Of a stretch of DNA of 64,000 nucleotides, positions 1-9,492 are shown one piece after another. This DNA comes from a bacterium (GTDB lineage: Bacteria; UBA10199; 2-02-FULL-50-16; JAJFLM01). The notes under the pieces were generated by a model. It was not told where the DNA came from. It was given only the letters and a program-made list of their open reading frames with translations, and did no database searches. Each line of letters opens with the position of its first letter. The stretch's first letter is position 1. A program made the position numbers and the translations under genes. The stretch lies in assembly GCA_965216315.1 (NCBI GenBank), contig CBDCFN010000015.1, forward strand, positions 160,001 through 224,000. Direction: 5' to 3'.

Positions 1-15
1 ACGGCTTAGATGCAA

Positions 16-39
16 AAAAATGAATGAGTATTCATTTTT
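16..39. promoter_or_regulatory. Palindromic operator, TetR-family-like
   Basis: AAAAATGAAT-gagt-ATTCATTTTT is a perfect 10-bp inverted repeat. The core TGAATGAGTATTCA resembles TetR-type fatty-acid regulator boxes. The regulated gene probably lies outside the window. Confidence 0.5.
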
Positions 40-72
40 ACGCTGATGTGACGCGATATGTCAATGGGAGGG

Positions 73-104
73 CAAAAAAGAAGGAGCCTGATAATCAGGC
101 CCCT
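73..104 (-). terminator. Probable intrinsic terminator downstream of rnpB
   Basis: GCCTGAT-a-ATCAGGC hairpin followed by a T-run on the minus strand (AAAAAAG on plus). Confidence 0.55.
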
Positions 105-127
105 CATTAAGCTATTAAAATTATTAA

Positions 128-569
128 GGAAGTGGGCCGATAAGCCGGGTTCTGTCTCCGCCGCAGGCAGATGATGATCATTTATCTGGGACGGCCATTA
201 CTGACCGCCTCAAGCATCCTACCCATCCTGGCGAAAGAGGACTTTGTGAATTCCGCAAAGCCTTCTTAACTTGGCCGGACCGACCTCAAACCAGAACCTA
301 TTTGGACTTGCATCCCGTGGGGTTTAGCTGATTTCACTACAGCATTGTTTCACAAACTGAAAGCACAGCTTCCAGTTTGCTAAAGTCATGGGGCGAGAAA
401 ACTCTCTCCCCCCTGACAACCCCCCATCGTGTTAGCAATGGGGCAATCTGTACATACTTTCTGTTCCACTTTCCGTCGCCTCACGGCGCCCGGGAGTTAC
501 CCGGCACGGTGTCCTGTGATGCCCGGACTTTCCTCCCCATCTCTCGGGGCGATCATCTGGCCCACTTCC
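128..569 (-). ncRNA. rnpB: RNase P RNA, apparently lacking P13/P14 and carrying an insertion in P12
   Basis: Minus strand has GAGGAAAGTCCGGGC, GAAAGTGGAACAGAAAG, CTAAACCCCAC..GCAAG and ACAGAACCCGGCTTAT. The ends GGAAGTGGGCC/GGCCCACTTCC pair as P1. Confidence 0.95.
347..435 (-). repeat. Double-hairpin repeat family A, copy 1 (inside rnpB P12)
   Basis: CGATGGGGGGTTGTCAGGGGGGAGAGAGTTTTCTCGCCCCATGAC..GCAAACTGGAAGCTGTGCTTTCAGTTTGTGAAAC; homologous to 3725-3808 and 60499-60584. Confidence 0.85.
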
Positions 570-601
570 AAGCGTTAGTCTAAGTCAGGGGAGAAGTGCC
601 G

Positions 602-1015
602 TCAACCCGCCTGAAGATCGATCGCATCATTGGCAAGGCGATCCGCATCTTTATTTTGTTCGCGAGGGACGTGCTCCAAAACAACTTTTTCAAAGGCGCG
701 CAACCGTGACTTGGCTTCCAGATACAAAGGCTTGAGCCCTTCATTTTTGACCTTATACTCACCCGTCAGCTGTCGAATCATCAGCTGCGAATCCGCCCGA
801 ATAATGACTTCCGCCGGATTAAGAGCTTCCAGTTTATCGAGGGCCAAAATAAGAGCCTGATACTCCGCGACGTTGTTAGTAGCTGTTCCCAGATAGGCAT
901 AGGCCTCTTCAACCATAACATCATGCTGATCGACAATATAGACGCCGGCCCCCGCGGGCCCTGGGTTTCCTCGGGCCGCTCCATCGGTATAAGCAATTAA
1001 GAGTTCATGCGACAT
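602..1015 (-). CDS. rnhA: Ribonuclease HI family protein
   Basis: YTDGAARGNPGPAGAG, TNNVAEY, DSQL and REQNKDADRLAN motifs. Confidence 0.9.
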   Translation of the reverse strand: MSHELLIAYTDGAARGNPGPAGAGVYIVDQHDVMVEEAYAYLGTATNNVAEYQALILALDKLEALNPAEVIIRADSQLMIRQLTGEYKVKNEGLKPLYLEAKSRLRAFEKVVLEHVPREQNKDADRLANDAIDLQAG

Positions 1016-1021
1016 GAAAAA

Positions 1022-1759
1022 CTATTCGGTTGGGGTTTCAATCCCTTCATCCTCAACGGCTTCCTTGATAAAAAGCAGACGCTGACAACTAGGGCAGGAA
1101 TGAAGCGTCTCGAGGCGTAACACCTCGATCACTAACTGAGGCGGCACGTTAACGAAACAACCCTGACACGACTTGCCCTCTAGCATGGCAATCGCATCGC
1201 GGTTCATCCCCCTGGCTTCATTGTAACGAGCCAGCAGCTCTTGGTCGATGTCATGGGTCTTTTGCTCCCACTCATTTTGGCGTTCTTCTAAGCGCGCCTT
1301 CAGCTCGCCGATGCTCGCCTCGAGCTCCGCCTTTTGTTCGGCTAACTCCTGCGCCTTGGCATCGAATGCCGGTTTATCTTCGGCAACCTTTTTCTCAAGA
1401 CCTTCAGTCTCTTCCATGATCGCGAGCATTTGATTTTCCAGTTCCTTGTTGTGGCGCTTGCGTTCCGCAATTTCGGAGACAGCCGCTTGATACTCTTTGT
1501 TGGTCTTGATCATATAGAGCTTGGCTTCGCGCTCCTTGACGTGCTCCTGATAATCCGCCAGTTCGGCTTCTTTCTCACGATACGACTTTTGAAGCTCCTC
1601 AAGACGACTCGCCGCTGCGTTATACTCCTTAAACGAATCAGCCAGCTCTTGGTCTAGTTCTTGTATCTTAGCCGGCACAGCCTCGATTTCTGCCTGAATG
1701 TCATGAATTTCGACGGCATGCGTATTAAGACGATAGAGTTTTTTTATCTGATCTTTAAT
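1022..1759 (-). CDS. Coiled-coil protein with C-terminal C4-type zinc ribbon (DUF164-like); probable ATT start
   Basis: Long coiled coil, then CQGC...CPSC. The frame stays open upstream of the GTG at 1678 to an ATT at 1759 that has a TAAGGAG SD. Confidence 0.85.
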   Translation of the reverse strand: MKDQIKKLYRLNTHAVEIHDIQAEIEAVPAKIQELDQELADSFKEYNAAASRLEELQKSYREKEAELADYQEHVKEREAKLYMIKTNKEYQAAVSEIAERKRHNKELENQMLAIMEETEGLEKKVAEDKPAFDAKAQELAEQKAELEASIGELKARLEERQNEWEQKTHDIDQELLARYNEARGMNRDAIAMLEGKSCQGCFVNVPPQLVIEVLRLETLHSCPSCQRLLFIKEAVEDEGIETPTE

Positions 1760-1780
1760 GACTCCACTCCTTACCCAATG

Positions 1781-1853
1781 TGGGCCCGATAGGACTTGAA
1801 CCTATAACGACCCGGTTATGAGCCGGGTGCTCTACCAATTGAGCTACAGGCCC
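1781..1853 (-). tRNA. tRNA with CAT anticodon, probably tRNA-Ile2 (lysidine); CCA not encoded
   Basis: GGGCCTGTAGCTCAATTGGTAGAGCACCCGGCTCATAACCGGGTCGTTATAGGTTCAAGTCCTATCGGGCCCA forms a cloverleaf. The G1-C72 pair excludes initiator tRNA. Confidence 0.92.
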
Positions 1854-1865
1854 TCGAACCCCTAC

Positions 1866-1899
1866 AAAAAAAGGGGCGACTTCTCAGTCGCCCCTTTAT
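1866..1899 (-). terminator. Intrinsic terminator after rpoD
   Basis: AAAGGGGCGACT-tctc-AGTCGCCCCTTT hairpin followed by a T7 run on the minus strand. Confidence 0.8.
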
Positions 1900-1903
1900 G
1901 CTC

Positions 1904-3667
1904 CTAATCAATGAAGCTTCGCAACCTTTTTGCTCGCGACGGGTGTCGCAACTTGCGTAAGGCCTTGGCCTCGATCTGTCGGATACGCTCACGTGTGACC
2001 GAGAAGTTGCGCCCGACCTCTTCTAGCGTATGGTCAGACTTCTCTCCGATCCCAAAACGCATCCGCAAGACTTTTTCTTCACGAGGCGTTAATGTCGCCA
2101 AGACCCGCTGGGTCTGTTCCGCAATATTCAGCCCCGTGACCGCATCGCCCGGCGTCGGGATATTCTTGTCCTCGATAAAATCACCTAAGTGCGAATCTTC
2201 CTCTTCCCCGATGGGGGTTTCCAGCGAAATGGGCTCCTTAGCAATACGGAGCACCTTGCGCACCTTTTCGAGTGGCAATTCCATCTTTTCGGCAATCTCT
2301 TCCGGCGTCGGCTCACGACCTAATTCCTGAACAAGATGGCGGGATGTCCGGACCAACTTGTTGATCGTTTCAATCATGTGCACAGGAATACGGATCGTCC
2401 GGGCCTGGTCCGCTATGGCCCGCGTAATGGCCTGACGGATCCACCAAGTCGCATAAGTACTGAATTTATACCCGCGCCGGTACTCAAACTTGTCCACCGC
2501 CTTCATCAAGCCGATGTTGCCTTCCTGAATAAGGTCAAGAAACTGCAGGCCTCGATTGGTGTATTTTTTGGCAATACTCACGACGAGGCGCAGATTCGCA
2601 TCGACCAATTCATTCTTGGCAAGAGCCGCGTAACGCTGCCAGCGTCTGATATCTTTGAGAATCTTCCGTAGTTCTTTCGTATCAAGACCGCACTCACGTT
2701 CCGCCTCACGAATGATTTTTTTCGCTCCCTTGTAAGTATCGATATGCTTGACCACATCTTCCTTACTCATCCGCAGATCAGTGGAGATCTTTTTCTCCAT
2801 GTATTTGGAGCGGCCAAATTTATCGATGAGCTCGGGCAGCTTATCCGCAGGCACACTGAGTTTGCGTCGCACTTGCGAAACAACTTTTTCTTGATCATCA
2901 ATCGTATCAACCAACTCATGAATGCGACCGATCAAACGATCGATGGTCTTGCGGTTAAGTCGCATTTCCTTCACAACGTCTAATAGCTGATCCAAAGCCT
3001 CATCCGCCTGCTGCTGCGCCTTTTCGCGATTTTCCGCCCGCAAGCGTGCGTTCTGCGATTTGGCCTTGTACGTCGAGTACTGCTTGCTCAACTTACGTAT
3101 CTTGGTGAGATACTGTAAAAAGTGGCTCGCATAGGCTTCTTCGTCAACGGACTCTTCGCTGTTCTGCTCGCTTTCTTCAAAATCTTTGACAAGTTCAGTA
3201 ACACTGACATCGCCCTTTTTGATCTTCTCACCCATGCGATTGAATTCATTCAGCCCCATGGGTGCCGACAGAAGGGTTCTCAAAGCTTGATCTTCACCTT
3301 CTTCAATGCGCTTGGCGATCTCAACTTCCCCTTCGCGTGTCAACAAGGCCACCTGGCCCATCTTACGCAAATACATCCGGACCGGGTCCGTTGAGCGAAC
3401 GACTGGCGTCTCCTCGACAGGAACCGGACGTGAACTCTCCGGTTTCTCCGTCGTTTCTTCCTTTTTCTTGACGGCTTGAGCCGCTTTTTCGTCGTTGACG
3501 ATTTCAATATCCATGTCATCAAACATGGACAGTACGCCATCGAGTTGATCGGGTGAAACCATGTCACCCGGAAGGGCATCGTTGACTTCCTCGTAGGTGA
3601 GAAAGCCCTTTTCCTTTCCGCGGTGAATCAGCTGCTGAACACCCTGCGTCTCGTTTTTCTTCGCCAT
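1904..3667 (-). CDS. rpoD: RNA polymerase primary sigma factor
   Basis: Region 1.1, [56 protein letters not shown] and [10 protein letters not shown]. Confidence 0.98.
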   Translation of the reverse strand: MAKKNETQGVQQLIHRGKEKGFLTYEEVNDALPGDMVSPDQLDGVLSMFDDMDIEIVNDEKAAQAVKKKEETTEKPESSRPVPVEETPVVRSTDPVRMYLRKMGQVALLTREGEVEIAKRIEEGEDQALRTLLSAPMGLNEFNRMGEKIKKGDVSVTELVKDFEESEQNSEESVDEEAYASHFLQYLTKIRKLSKQYSTYKAKSQNARLRAENREKAQQQADEALDQLLDVVKEMRLNRKTIDRLIGRIHELVDTIDDQEKVVSQVRRKLSVPADKLPELIDKFGRSKYMEKKISTDLRMSKEDVVKHIDTYKGAKKIIREAERECGLDTKELRKILKDIRRWQRYAALAKNELVDANLRLVVSIAKKYTNRGLQFLDLIQEGNIGLMKAVDKFEYRRGYKFSTYATWWIRQAITRAIADQARTIRIPVHMIETINKLVRTSRHLVQELGREPTPEEIAEKMELPLEKVRKVLRIAKEPISLETPIGEEEDSHLGDFIEDKNIPTPGDAVTGLNIAEQTQRVLATLTPREEKVLRMRFGIGEKSDHTLEEVGRNFSVTRERIRQIEAKALRKLRHPSRAKRLRSFID

Positions 3668-3724
3668 AATCGTAGCTCCCTATATCACTAATATTATCGT
3701 CAACCCGATCGTTCCAATTCCGTC

Positions 3725-3808
3725 GTTTCACCAACTGAAAGCGCAGCTTCCAGTTTGCTCTAGTTAGGGGCGAGAATCCTCTCTCCCCCTAACGACCCCC
3801 ATCGTTAG
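3725..3808 (-). repeat. Double-hairpin repeat family A, copy 2 (directly after the dnaG stop)
   Basis: CTAACGATGGGGGTCGTTAGGGGGAGAGAGGATTCTCGCCCCTAAC..GCAAACTGGAAGCTGCGCTTTCAGTTGGTGAAAC. Confidence 0.85.
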
Positions 3809-5584
3809 TTAACCCCCGATTAAAAGCCTATTATGCTCCGTCATCAGCTCTATGACGCGACCGGTATCGGCCTCAGCCTCGGCCTTTCGAAGCTGGCTCG
3901 CCAAATTCTGTCGTTGCGCCACGAGATGTTGGCGCTGCAAGCGCTGTCGACAGGAAGTCACCAAATCTTCCGCTTCCCCGGCGTCAACGCTTGAATCAGA
4001 CAGGAGCAGTTCGGTCAGTTCCTGACTCAAACCCTCGTCTGCCAGCCCCCCCAGGATTTCGGCAGGCGACCGTCCTTGGTCCAGGGCCGCCTGAAGGCCA
4101 GGCCACAGCCCGCGTAGGACCGTATGCTGCCAATCCCCGGCTTCCAGCTCGTCACGAAGGGCCGCAGCCCCTTCCACATTAGATAAAACCGCTCTTAAGA
4201 GGTCTCGTTCAAAGGGAGTGAGACGCACGCCCTTATGACGCCGAGCGTCAATATCATCGGCCGGTGCCTGTACAAAGTTGCGTCCTCTGTGCCCTAGAGC
4301 CGTTATCTCACGCCGGATCACCGCCTCCGTAAGGCCTAATTTTGACGCAAGTCTCTGAATATACAAGCCTTTTTCGACTTCTTCGACGATGCGCGCTAAC
4401 TGAGGCACGAGCTTACGGGCCGCCTGGACCTTGCCGACGTTGTCTGCGGGGCTCTGGGCCACCACTTTATCGATAAAATAATCCATCAATGCGGGTGCCG
4501 CCAGGAGTCCCGCCCCAAAATTTTCCCGGCCCTCGGTGCGGATAAAGCTATCCGGATCCTCCCCTTCGGGCAGGGAAAAAATGCGCGTCGGAATCCCCAG
4601 TGGGCTCGTCGTCTCCAGGGACCGCCAGGCCGCCTTGAGGCCCGCCTGATCCCCATCAAAGATCACGACGAGTTCTTGGGAGTGGCGACTGAGTCGTTTG
4701 ACCTGGTCCGCGGTCAACGCGGTACCTAAAGGGGCAACGGTATGAGTGAATCCATGCTGCGCCAGGGCCAGGACGTCCATATAGCCCTCAACAATCAAGG
4801 CCTGCTGGGCTTCGCGCAACGATGTCCGCGCCTCGAAGAGACCATAGACCTCACGCCCTTTGTGATACAAAGGCGATTCCGGCGTATTAAGATATTTGGG
4901 TTGTTGGTCGTCGCTGAGACTCCGCCCGCCAAAGGCGATGAACTGACCCGCACTGTTGCGGATGGGAAATATCAAGCGCCCCCGAAAAAAATCAAAATAG
5001 TGACCATCATCCCCGCGACGTAATAGGCCGACCTTTTCAGCCAGTTCCAGGGGAACCTTTTTTGACTCAAGATAGCGTGCGAGTTCACGGCCACTCGATG
5101 GGGCAAAGCCAAGCAAAAAATGCTGCGCCGTACGCGCTTCGATGCCCCGTTGCTTTAAGTAGTCCGCTGCCTGCCGACCCGAACCGCTCTCATCGTGGAG
5201 TTGATTAAAATAGAATTCGGCGGCCAGGTGATTGACGCGCGCATACCGCTTCTTAAGCTGGAGCGATTGGGTCTCATCATTGCGACCGTCAAAGCGAATG
5301 TCCACGCCGACTCGCTCGCCAAGCGCTTGCACCGCCTCCACAAAGGAGATGCCTTCAAACTTCATTAAAAAAGTGAAAACGTTTCCGCCTTCTCCGCAGC
5401 CAAAGCAGTGAAAAATCTGCTTATCGGCATTGACCATAAAAGACGGCGTCTTCTCAGTATGGAAAGGGCAGAGACCCTTATGGTTGCGCCCCGACTGCTT
5501 GAGAGGCAGATACTCCGAGACAAACGCGACGATATCGACGCCTTCGCGGATCTTTTCCAGCTGTTCGTCTGGAATGAGGCCCAC
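3809..5584 (-). CDS. dnaG: DNA primase
   Basis: Zinc finger CPFHTEKTPSF/CFGC, KYLNTPE, TOPRIM motifs VEGYMD and FDGDQAG, and DPD. Confidence 0.97.
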   Translation of the reverse strand: MGLIPDEQLEKIREGVDIVAFVSEYLPLKQSGRNHKGLCPFHTEKTPSFMVNADKQIFHCFGCGEGGNVFTFLMKFEGISFVEAVQALGERVGVDIRFDGRNDETQSLQLKKRYARVNHLAAEFYFNQLHDESGSGRQAADYLKQRGIEARTAQHFLLGFAPSSGRELARYLESKKVPLELAEKVGLLRRGDDGHYFDFFRGRLIFPIRNSAGQFIAFGGRSLSDDQQPKYLNTPESPLYHKGREVYGLFEARTSLREAQQALIVEGYMDVLALAQHGFTHTVAPLGTALTADQVKRLSRHSQELVVIFDGDQAGLKAAWRSLETTSPLGIPTRIFSLPEGEDPDSFIRTEGRENFGAGLLAAPALMDYFIDKVVAQSPADNVGKVQAARKLVPQLARIVEEVEKGLYIQRLASKLGLTEAVIRREITALGHRGRNFVQAPADDIDARRHKGVRLTPFERDLLRAVLSNVEGAAALRDELEAGDWQHTVLRGLWPGLQAALDQGRSPAEILGGLADEGLSQELTELLLSDSSVDAGEAEDLVTSCRQRLQRQHLVAQRQNLASQLRKAEAEADTGRVIELMTEHNRLLIGG

Positions 5585-5606
5585 CAGTTCCCCCTAGCTT
5601 CTTTAA

Positions 5607-6053
5607 CTATGATCCTAAACGTTGTTGAACTAACTGCTTGACGATCTTCCCGTCAGCCCGCGTCCCCAACTCCGACATCACGGGTTTCATGACCTTACCA
5701 AAATCTTGTGGCCCTGCAGCCCCGCTTTCCTGAATTACTTTGTCAACACACGCGGCGATCTCCGCCTCACTTAGTGGAGGCGGCAACAGGGTCTCTAAAA
5801 ACTCTATCTCTTCCGCTTCTTTGGCGGCCAATTCATCGCGACCCGCCTTTTGAAATTGTTCGATCGATTCCTTGCGCTGCTTGATCAGCGTTGCGACCAC
5901 CTTTTGAGAATCGCCCTCCTCCAGAGGAGCCCCTTTTTCAATCTCTTTATTTTTGAGCGCCGCCTGAGTCATCCGGGCAACATCAAGACGCACCTGCGCC
6001 TTTGCCTTCATCGACTCGACAACAGCCCGCCGGACCTCTTCGAGGATGCTCAT
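5607..6053 (-). CDS. GatB/YqeY domain protein
   Basis: KQRKESIEQFQKAGRDELA and DFGKVMK..ADGK; conserved position after rpsU. Confidence 0.92.
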   Translation of the reverse strand: MSILEEVRRAVVESMKAKAQVRLDVARMTQAALKNKEIEKGAPLEEGDSQKVVATLIKQRKESIEQFQKAGRDELAAKEAEEIEFLETLLPPPLSEAEIAACVDKVIQESGAAGPQDFGKVMKPVMSELGTRADGKIVKQLVQQRLGS

Positions 6054-6056
6054 TAA

Positions 6057-6257
6057 TTATCTACTCTCTCTTAATCGAACTTTTTTGAGGGCTCGTTTGC
6101 GCGCAGCAATGGCCTTCTTTTTGCGTTTGATTGAGGGCTTTTCATAGTGCTCGCGCTTTCTGATCTCTGAAAGGATGCCTAATTTTTCGCATTGCTTTTT
6201 AAAACGCCTCACCGCTTGTTCAAAACCTTCGCCTTCTCTAATCCTAATACCTGGCAT
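6057..6257 (-). CDS. rpsU: 30S ribosomal protein S21
   Basis: [26 protein letters not shown]. Confidence 0.97.
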   Translation of the reverse strand: MPGIRIREGEGFEQAVRRFKKQCEKLGILSEIRKREHYEKPSIKRKKKAIAARKRALKKVRLRESR

Positions 6258-6429
6258 GGATGGCAGACACCCCCTTTACGTGACGTCGTAACTTCACCTG
6301 GAATTTAACTAAAAATTCCTGTCAATTCAATAGTTTATCAAAAGAGAGTGCTTTTAAATGAGCGGGGTCTCCCTGTCAAGATAATTGCTGATGGATGATT
6401 TCATCACACGCGGGAGCTGGAAAAATGCA

Positions 6430-6455
6430 CAACAGTTGGGCAGGCGGTCCGAAGA
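6430..6455 (+). promoter_or_regulatory. Sigma-28-like promoter motif CAAC-N14-TCCGAAGA
   Basis: Matches the motif seen at 8 other gene starts. It ends 6 nt before ATG 6462, suggesting a near-leaderless transcript. Confidence 0.45.
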
Positions 6456-6461
6456 GGGATT

Positions 6462-7832
6462 ATGTCATTGGGACTGAGCTCAATTGGCTCACTGCACACC
6501 GCCACGCTGATGACATCGGGGCTATGTGCAGCGACCTCGACGTCTTCGTTCAGCGCCGACCAGCTAAGCGCCTTTAATCGGCTGACCATCGCCGAGGATC
6601 ATCGGCCGGACTATCCCGGCGGCCCTCTCGGCACGCGCCACTTTAACGGACAAGTTCTCACACCCATCGCAAGCCCGCGGGCCTCGATAGGAAACGTCTT
6701 GTTGATCAATTCGGGCGGAGACAGCCGCGGCTACAACTGCATCAACTACGGAGCCTATCTCGAACTCACCGCCGGTAAACTCCGTGTCTTTGGCAGCATG
6801 AACGGTTTTGCGGGACTGACGAATCCACGTCCGCAGATCATTGAGCTCAACTCGCATATCACCTCGCAGCTCGCCCACGAAGGGCACCTGCTGCTCGCGA
6901 CCGGGAGTCGTCGCTGCGGCCCTTACGACCAGATTCCAGGCCTCGCCCAAGAGGCGCCGTTGAATAACTTCATGGCGAACATCGCCCCCTTTCTCGGTGG
7001 CCTGCTCGTCGTCGGTGGCGATGGAACCCTCCAGCTCTGCCAACGACTCGTAAAGGAAGCAGGGATCAAAAACCTGATCTTCGCCGGGGCGAGTATGGAC
7101 GGGGACATCCCGGGCATGGAGTCCTCGATCGGTATGGACTCCTCCCTCGACTACGTCGTCGGCGCCATTCGCTCGATCCAGCGAACATCCGGCAGTTGCA
7201 ACAAAGTCCACATCATTCAGACGATGGGCGGAAACAGCGGCCGTTTTCCCCTGGAAGCCGCCCACTCGGCCGGCATCCGGGCCGTCATCGTCCCCGAATT
7301 GGGTACGATAGACATGCAATACATCTACCGCCTCTTATTTAAGTCTTTACTGGAAAATCGCGGCGCCGTCCTCGTCATCGGGGAGAAGGGGAGTTACCGC
7401 ACCATGCACGGGGAAAAAATTTCCTTCGCCCCCCAAAAGGGTTCGATGAACGGCAAAGAGGTTGAAAAGTTGCGCGCGATCGTCGATCAAGAAATGAACG
7501 AGGTAGCCGCAACACTTTATCCTGATCTCAAAATCTCCACGCGCACGAACATTCTCGGTCATGCCCAACGCCAGCCCGGCAAATTGGCGCAAATCGATCT
7601 TCGTGAGGGCATGGATATGGGGCGCCGCATGGTCCGCGCCCTGCTCGGAGGAGATGAGGGAATGATAATCCCTATGGATGAACGTGATCCGATGATATCA
7701 ATTGACGATGCCCTCTCAGAAAATTCGCGGCAGGCCGGCCGAACCCGCGTCCTCAAGCGCTGGCTGGACAATTTTGGGCCCTTTTATCCGGAGCTCACAG
7801 ACCGATTGCGTGAACGCGAATCCCGCCCGTAG
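6462..7832 (+). CDS. Divergent 6-phosphofructokinase-family protein with an ~75-aa N-terminal extension
   Basis: SGGDSRGYN, GSRRC, VGGDGT, SMDGD, TMGG, VPE and LGHAQR correspond to PfkA motifs. Confidence 0.8.
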   Translation: MSLGLSSIGSLHTATLMTSGLCAATSTSSFSADQLSAFNRLTIAEDHRPDYPGGPLGTRHFNGQVLTPIASPRASIGNVLLINSGGDSRGYNCINYGAYLELTAGKLRVFGSMNGFAGLTNPRPQIIELNSHITSQLAHEGHLLLATGSRRCGPYDQIPGLAQEAPLNNFMANIAPFLGGLLVVGGDGTLQLCQRLVKEAGIKNLIFAGASMDGDIPGMESSIGMDSSLDYVVGAIRSIQRTSGSCNKVHIIQTMGGNSGRFPLEAAHSAGIRAVIVPELGTIDMQYIYRLLFKSLLENRGAVLVIGEKGSYRTMHGEKISFAPQKGSMNGKEVEKLRAIVDQEMNEVAATLYPDLKISTRTNILGHAQRQPGKLAQIDLREGMDMGRRMVRALLGGDEGMIIPMDERDPMISIDDALSENSRQAGRTRVLKRWLDNFGPFYPELTDRLRERESRP

Positions 7833-7838
7833 TTTCTA

Positions 7839-7865
7839 GCAACTTTTCTCCCGCCCCGGCGACAC
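7839..7865 (+). promoter_or_regulatory. Sigma-28-like promoter motif (weaker) GCAAC-N14-GGCGACAC
   Basis: Upstream of CDS 7909. Confidence 0.35.
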
Positions 7866-7908
7866 AGTCGGTGGTTGTTGTTAATCATCCCATTCGGGAG
7901 GGGACTCT

Positions 7909-9492
7909 ATGCACATGTCATCGGCACTTTTAAATACGGCACTCGTAAACCAATCGGCTCTGGCAGCCTCATCCACCGTTACCACGGGAATCAACCTGCC
8001 TTATCCTTCGGGAACGCGTTTTCTCCACGAGATACTCGTGGACACCGCTGCAACCGCCCGTTTCGCCAACATCTTTGCAGATGTTCGCCTACCGAGCTCC
8101 CCGCAAGATTTTCAACGGACTTATCGTCACGCGGTTATGCATTTTGAAGGGGCCCGCACCGCCTCACCGGATCGCACCGAGATCGCCACTCATCTGGCCG
8201 GCTTGTCGCAGGAGCGCATGGTATATGTTGATGAGACCGGCAAAGAAATACCGCTACTCGACTACATGTTAGGGGAAGCGGATCCACTGCCGATCGCAAC
8301 CATCGAGTTCTCCGGCGCGGGGTTGATGCCGCGCATTTCTTACGGCAACACGACTCATCAAGGTGAGGAAATCATTTCCCTCGCCAGTGATTTTGCGGAC
8401 CGTCACATGGCCTCACACGCCGCAACGGATGCCTTGCAATGGATTATTGAAAACGGCCGCGATGAAAATGGGCACGTCAATTTAAAGGGTCAGAAGTTTG
8501 CGATCCTCGGCGCAGGAGCCGAATTATCGCCGACCCAAGTTCTCCTTGAGGCCGGTGCCGATGTCTTGTGGATTGACCTCAATCCCCCCTCGGAAGAGTT
8601 TCTTCAGCGACCCGGACTCAGTGGCAGCATTACTTTTGTCCCCGAGCGCCAGGCGGACCTGCTGAATCGACCTCGCGAAATCGCCGAGACGATTGAAAAG
8701 TTCGCTGACGGCCAAGCCGTCAACATCGGAACCTTTGCCTACGCTGCCGGCTCCGGCCTCGAGTGGCGGCTGACCACGGCGATGAATGTCATTGTACGTC
8801 GCCTGCGTCCCGAAACGATCAAATCATACAGTACGTTTATCTCGCCGACCTCGCCGGCCGTGACGCAGCCGGACGACTTAGACGCGGCCCGTGCCGGAGT
8901 GCGCGTCAAGCACATGTTGGTTTCGGCCGCACGCCTCTTCGGGCGTCTTCGACCAAATCACCATCCATATGGCAATATCCATATGGCCGATACAATCGTG
9001 CCCTTGCAAAAAACGGGCTATCAAGGGGCCCAATACATCGAAAAAGTTTGTGCCGCCGAGGCCATCGCCGCCTACGGCAACCGGATGGACCGGCACATCG
9101 GCCACCCGGTCACCGTCTCCGCCAACGTCGCGGGCATCAGCCAGACCAAGAACATGCAGATCCCCGCCTTTCAATTGGGTTTCATCGGGGCGCCGGCTTT
9201 TGGACTTGAGACCTACCAGCCGGAAACCACGCGCTGGCTCAGCGGGTTAATCATGTTATCGGATCTCTTAAACGAGGCGTCGCCGGCAACACCTTCAACG
9301 TCCTATCGCGATGAACAGGATCGGGCTCGGGCCCTCTTTTCACGCCAGGTTCACGGGGGGATCTTTGCCCACCCCTATGCCTTGAATGAATTAATCACTT
9401 TGGCGGGACTCGTCGGAGCAAAGCGCAACCTGCGGCTGGCCGCGCGCGCACTCGCCGAACAATTAAAGGGTGGCAAGAAAAAGAAAGGCTAA
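7909..9492 (+). CDS. Hypothetical protein with Rossmann-like motif
   Basis: 527-aa ORF with GGGAGGGG SD, ILGAGAELSP glycine-rich loop and a Ser/Ala/Thr-rich N-terminus. Confidence 0.7.
   Translation: MHMSSALLNTALVNQSALAASSTVTTGINLPYPSGTRFLHEILVDTAATARFANIFADVRLPSSPQDFQRTYRHAVMHFEGARTASPDRTEIATHLAGLSQERMVYVDETGKEIPLLDYMLGEADPLPIATIEFSGAGLMPRISYGNTTHQGEEIISLASDFADRHMASHAATDALQWIIENGRDENGHVNLKGQKFAILGAGAELSPTQVLLEAGADVLWIDLNPPSEEFLQRPGLSGSITFVPERQADLLNRPREIAETIEKFADGQAVNIGTFAYAAGSGLEWRLTTAMNVIVRRLRPETIKSYSTFISPTSPAVTQPDDLDAARAGVRVKHMLVSAARLFGRLRPNHHPYGNIHMADTIVPLQKTGYQGAQYIEKVCAAEAIAAYGNRMDRHIGHPVTVSANVAGISQTKNMQIPAFQLGFIGAPAFGLETYQPETTRWLSGLIMLSDLLNEASPATPSTSYRDEQDRARALFSRQVHGGIFAHPYALNELITLAGLVGAKRNLRLAARALAEQLKGGKKKKG

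Noticed and set aside
377..583. 68-aa ORF on the plus strand
   Set aside because: It is antisense to rnpB and its inserted repeat and has no coding features.
3700..3724. Possible duplicated dnaG 3' end beyond repeat copy 2 (GACGGA...ATCGGGTTGA)
   Set aside because: Only two short matches with different spacing; too weak to claim, unlike the dgt case.
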